Assembly: GCA_950097015.1 (NCBI GenBank)
Contig: CATNEN010000037.1
Span: 3,286,001-3,350,000, forward strand
DNA: 64,000 bases
From: Macrostomum hystrix
Taxonomy: Eukaryota > Animalia > Platyhelminthes
Direction: 5' to 3'
The notes below the pieces were generated by a model. That model was not told where the DNA came from. It saw nothing but the letters and a program-made list of their open reading frames with translations, and searched no databases. Both the position numbers and the translations under genes were made by a program. This document shows positions 63,746 through 64,000 of this stretch, one piece after another; the first letter of the stretch is position 1; each line of letters opens with the position of its first letter.

Positions 63746-64000
63746 TGTACCAGAATGTACCAGAATGTACCAGAATGTACCAGAATGTAACAGAATGTGC
63801 CAAAATGTACCAGAATGTACCAGAATGTAACAGAATGTACCTGAATGTACCAGAATGTACCAGAATGTACAAAAATATACCAGAATGTACAAAAATATAC
63901 CAGAATGTACAAAAATGTACCAGAATGTTTCAGAATGTACCAGAATGTACAAAATTGTACCAGAATGTACCAGAATGTACCAGAATGTACTAAAATATAC
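63746..64000. repeat. Intronic 10-bp minisatellite (CCAGAATGTA, with CAAAAATATA-type variants), at least 25 copies, running off the window
   Basis: A 10-bp period is visible column by column. It lies upstream of the acceptor at 63692 and generates the spurious MYQNVPECTR and MYILVHSGTFW ORFs. Confidence 0.95.

Noticed and set aside
63459-63993. ORFs MYILVHSGTFW... and MYQNVPECTR... as genes
   Set aside because: They are translations of the 10-bp minisatellite (30-bp/10-aa periodicity) running into the wrong frames of the real exon.

Overview
Eukaryotic (animal-type) genomic DNA carrying the 3' part of one minus-strand, multi-exon gene. About 93% of the window is a single 59.5-kb intron filled with a 25-bp satellite. 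I hand-spliced seven exons using GT-AG junctions and phase matching: 63691-63479, 62984-62731, 3205-3100, 3036-2937, 2865-2460, 2366-2215 and 2060-26, about 1,090 codons in all. One junction needs either a 1-nt assembly fix or a weaker acceptor. The first three exons encode a recognisable plakin-family spectrin repeat with its inserted SH3 domain. No coiled-coil rod, plakin-repeat domains or EF-hand/GAR tail is recognisable downstream. Instead the last exon encodes seven 54-aa tandem repeats, each with two TQT-type motifs, giving 14-15 candidate dynein light chain LC8 sites. This suggests an unusual plakin that may use a multivalent LC8 tail in place of the rod. The giant intron keeps only about 105 nt of unique sequence around roughly 2,375 monomers. 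These come in three main variants arranged in a nested hierarchy: 3-9-unit words, 0.9-3-kb tandem blocks, a 12-14-kb period and a 23-to-29-kb duplication whose offsets reconcile arithmetically. Other introns each carry their own unrelated minisatellite (18, 17 and 10 bp). There are no RNA genes, CRISPR arrays or transposon ORFs. The organism cannot be determined from this window; the style fits a tandem-repeat-rich invertebrate. All analysis was done by eye and no database search was run.
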